Source of the DNA: an uncultured delta proteobacterium
GTDB taxonomy: Bacteria > Desulfobacterota > Syntrophia > Syntrophales > UBA5619
Direction of reading: 5' to 3'
Assembly (NCBI GenBank): GCA_963817385.1
Contig: CAWFOM010000003.1
Span: forward strand, 32,001 to 96,000
Length of the DNA stretch: 64,000 nt
In this document: piece by piece, positions 63,956 through 64,000 of the stretch
Numbering within the stretch: position 1 is the stretch's first letter
Layout of the letters: every line of letters starts with the position of its first letter
The notes under the pieces: generated by a model
What the model was told of the DNA's origin: nothing
What the model saw: the letters and a program-made list of their open reading frames with translations, nothing else
Database searches by the model: none
Position numbers and translations under genes: made by a program

Positions 63956-64000
63956 AACACTTAAGATCATTAAGGAAAAGGTCAGCCAGCAAAATTTTGA

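Noticed and set aside
1..64000. tRNA, rRNA, integrase or transposase genes
   Set aside because: None recognised by eye; tRNAscan-SE, Infernal and ISEScan would be needed to exclude them.

Overview
GC-rich bacterial chromosome segment. The gene content (selenoprotein, corrinoid methyltransferase, Fe-S proteins) suggests an anaerobic Desulfobacterota/Syntrophales-like organism, which is an inference. In order: a partial asparaginase; a TlpA-like selenoprotein with in-frame TGA and SECIS-like hairpin, plus a rhodanese-YceI fusion; a ~10.5 kb defence island (PLD-SNF2 helicase, N6-adenine MTase, Fic, DprA-like, GmrSD-like); an LPS-core cluster (acyltransferase, kdsB, hldD, kdnA-like, Fe-ADH); metabolic and transport genes (TctC binding proteins, MtaA-corrinoid-opine dehydrogenase, SsuABC-like ABC transporter, dehydrogenases). 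An ABC exporter operon (adaptor, ATPase, two FtsX permeases) is split by a ~13.7 kb accessory stretch. That stretch is punctuated by direct repeats copying the adaptor gene's 3' end. It carries several toxin-antitoxin modules and two coupled giant genes (~1230 and ~1450 aa) of unknown function, the best candidate for an undescribed system. The window ends with two multidomain sensor kinases, rsmG-parA-parB and a DnaA-box cluster (probable oriC). Many genes carry single-base frameshifts, most likely long-read assembly errors, so I reconstructed them by eye across frames.
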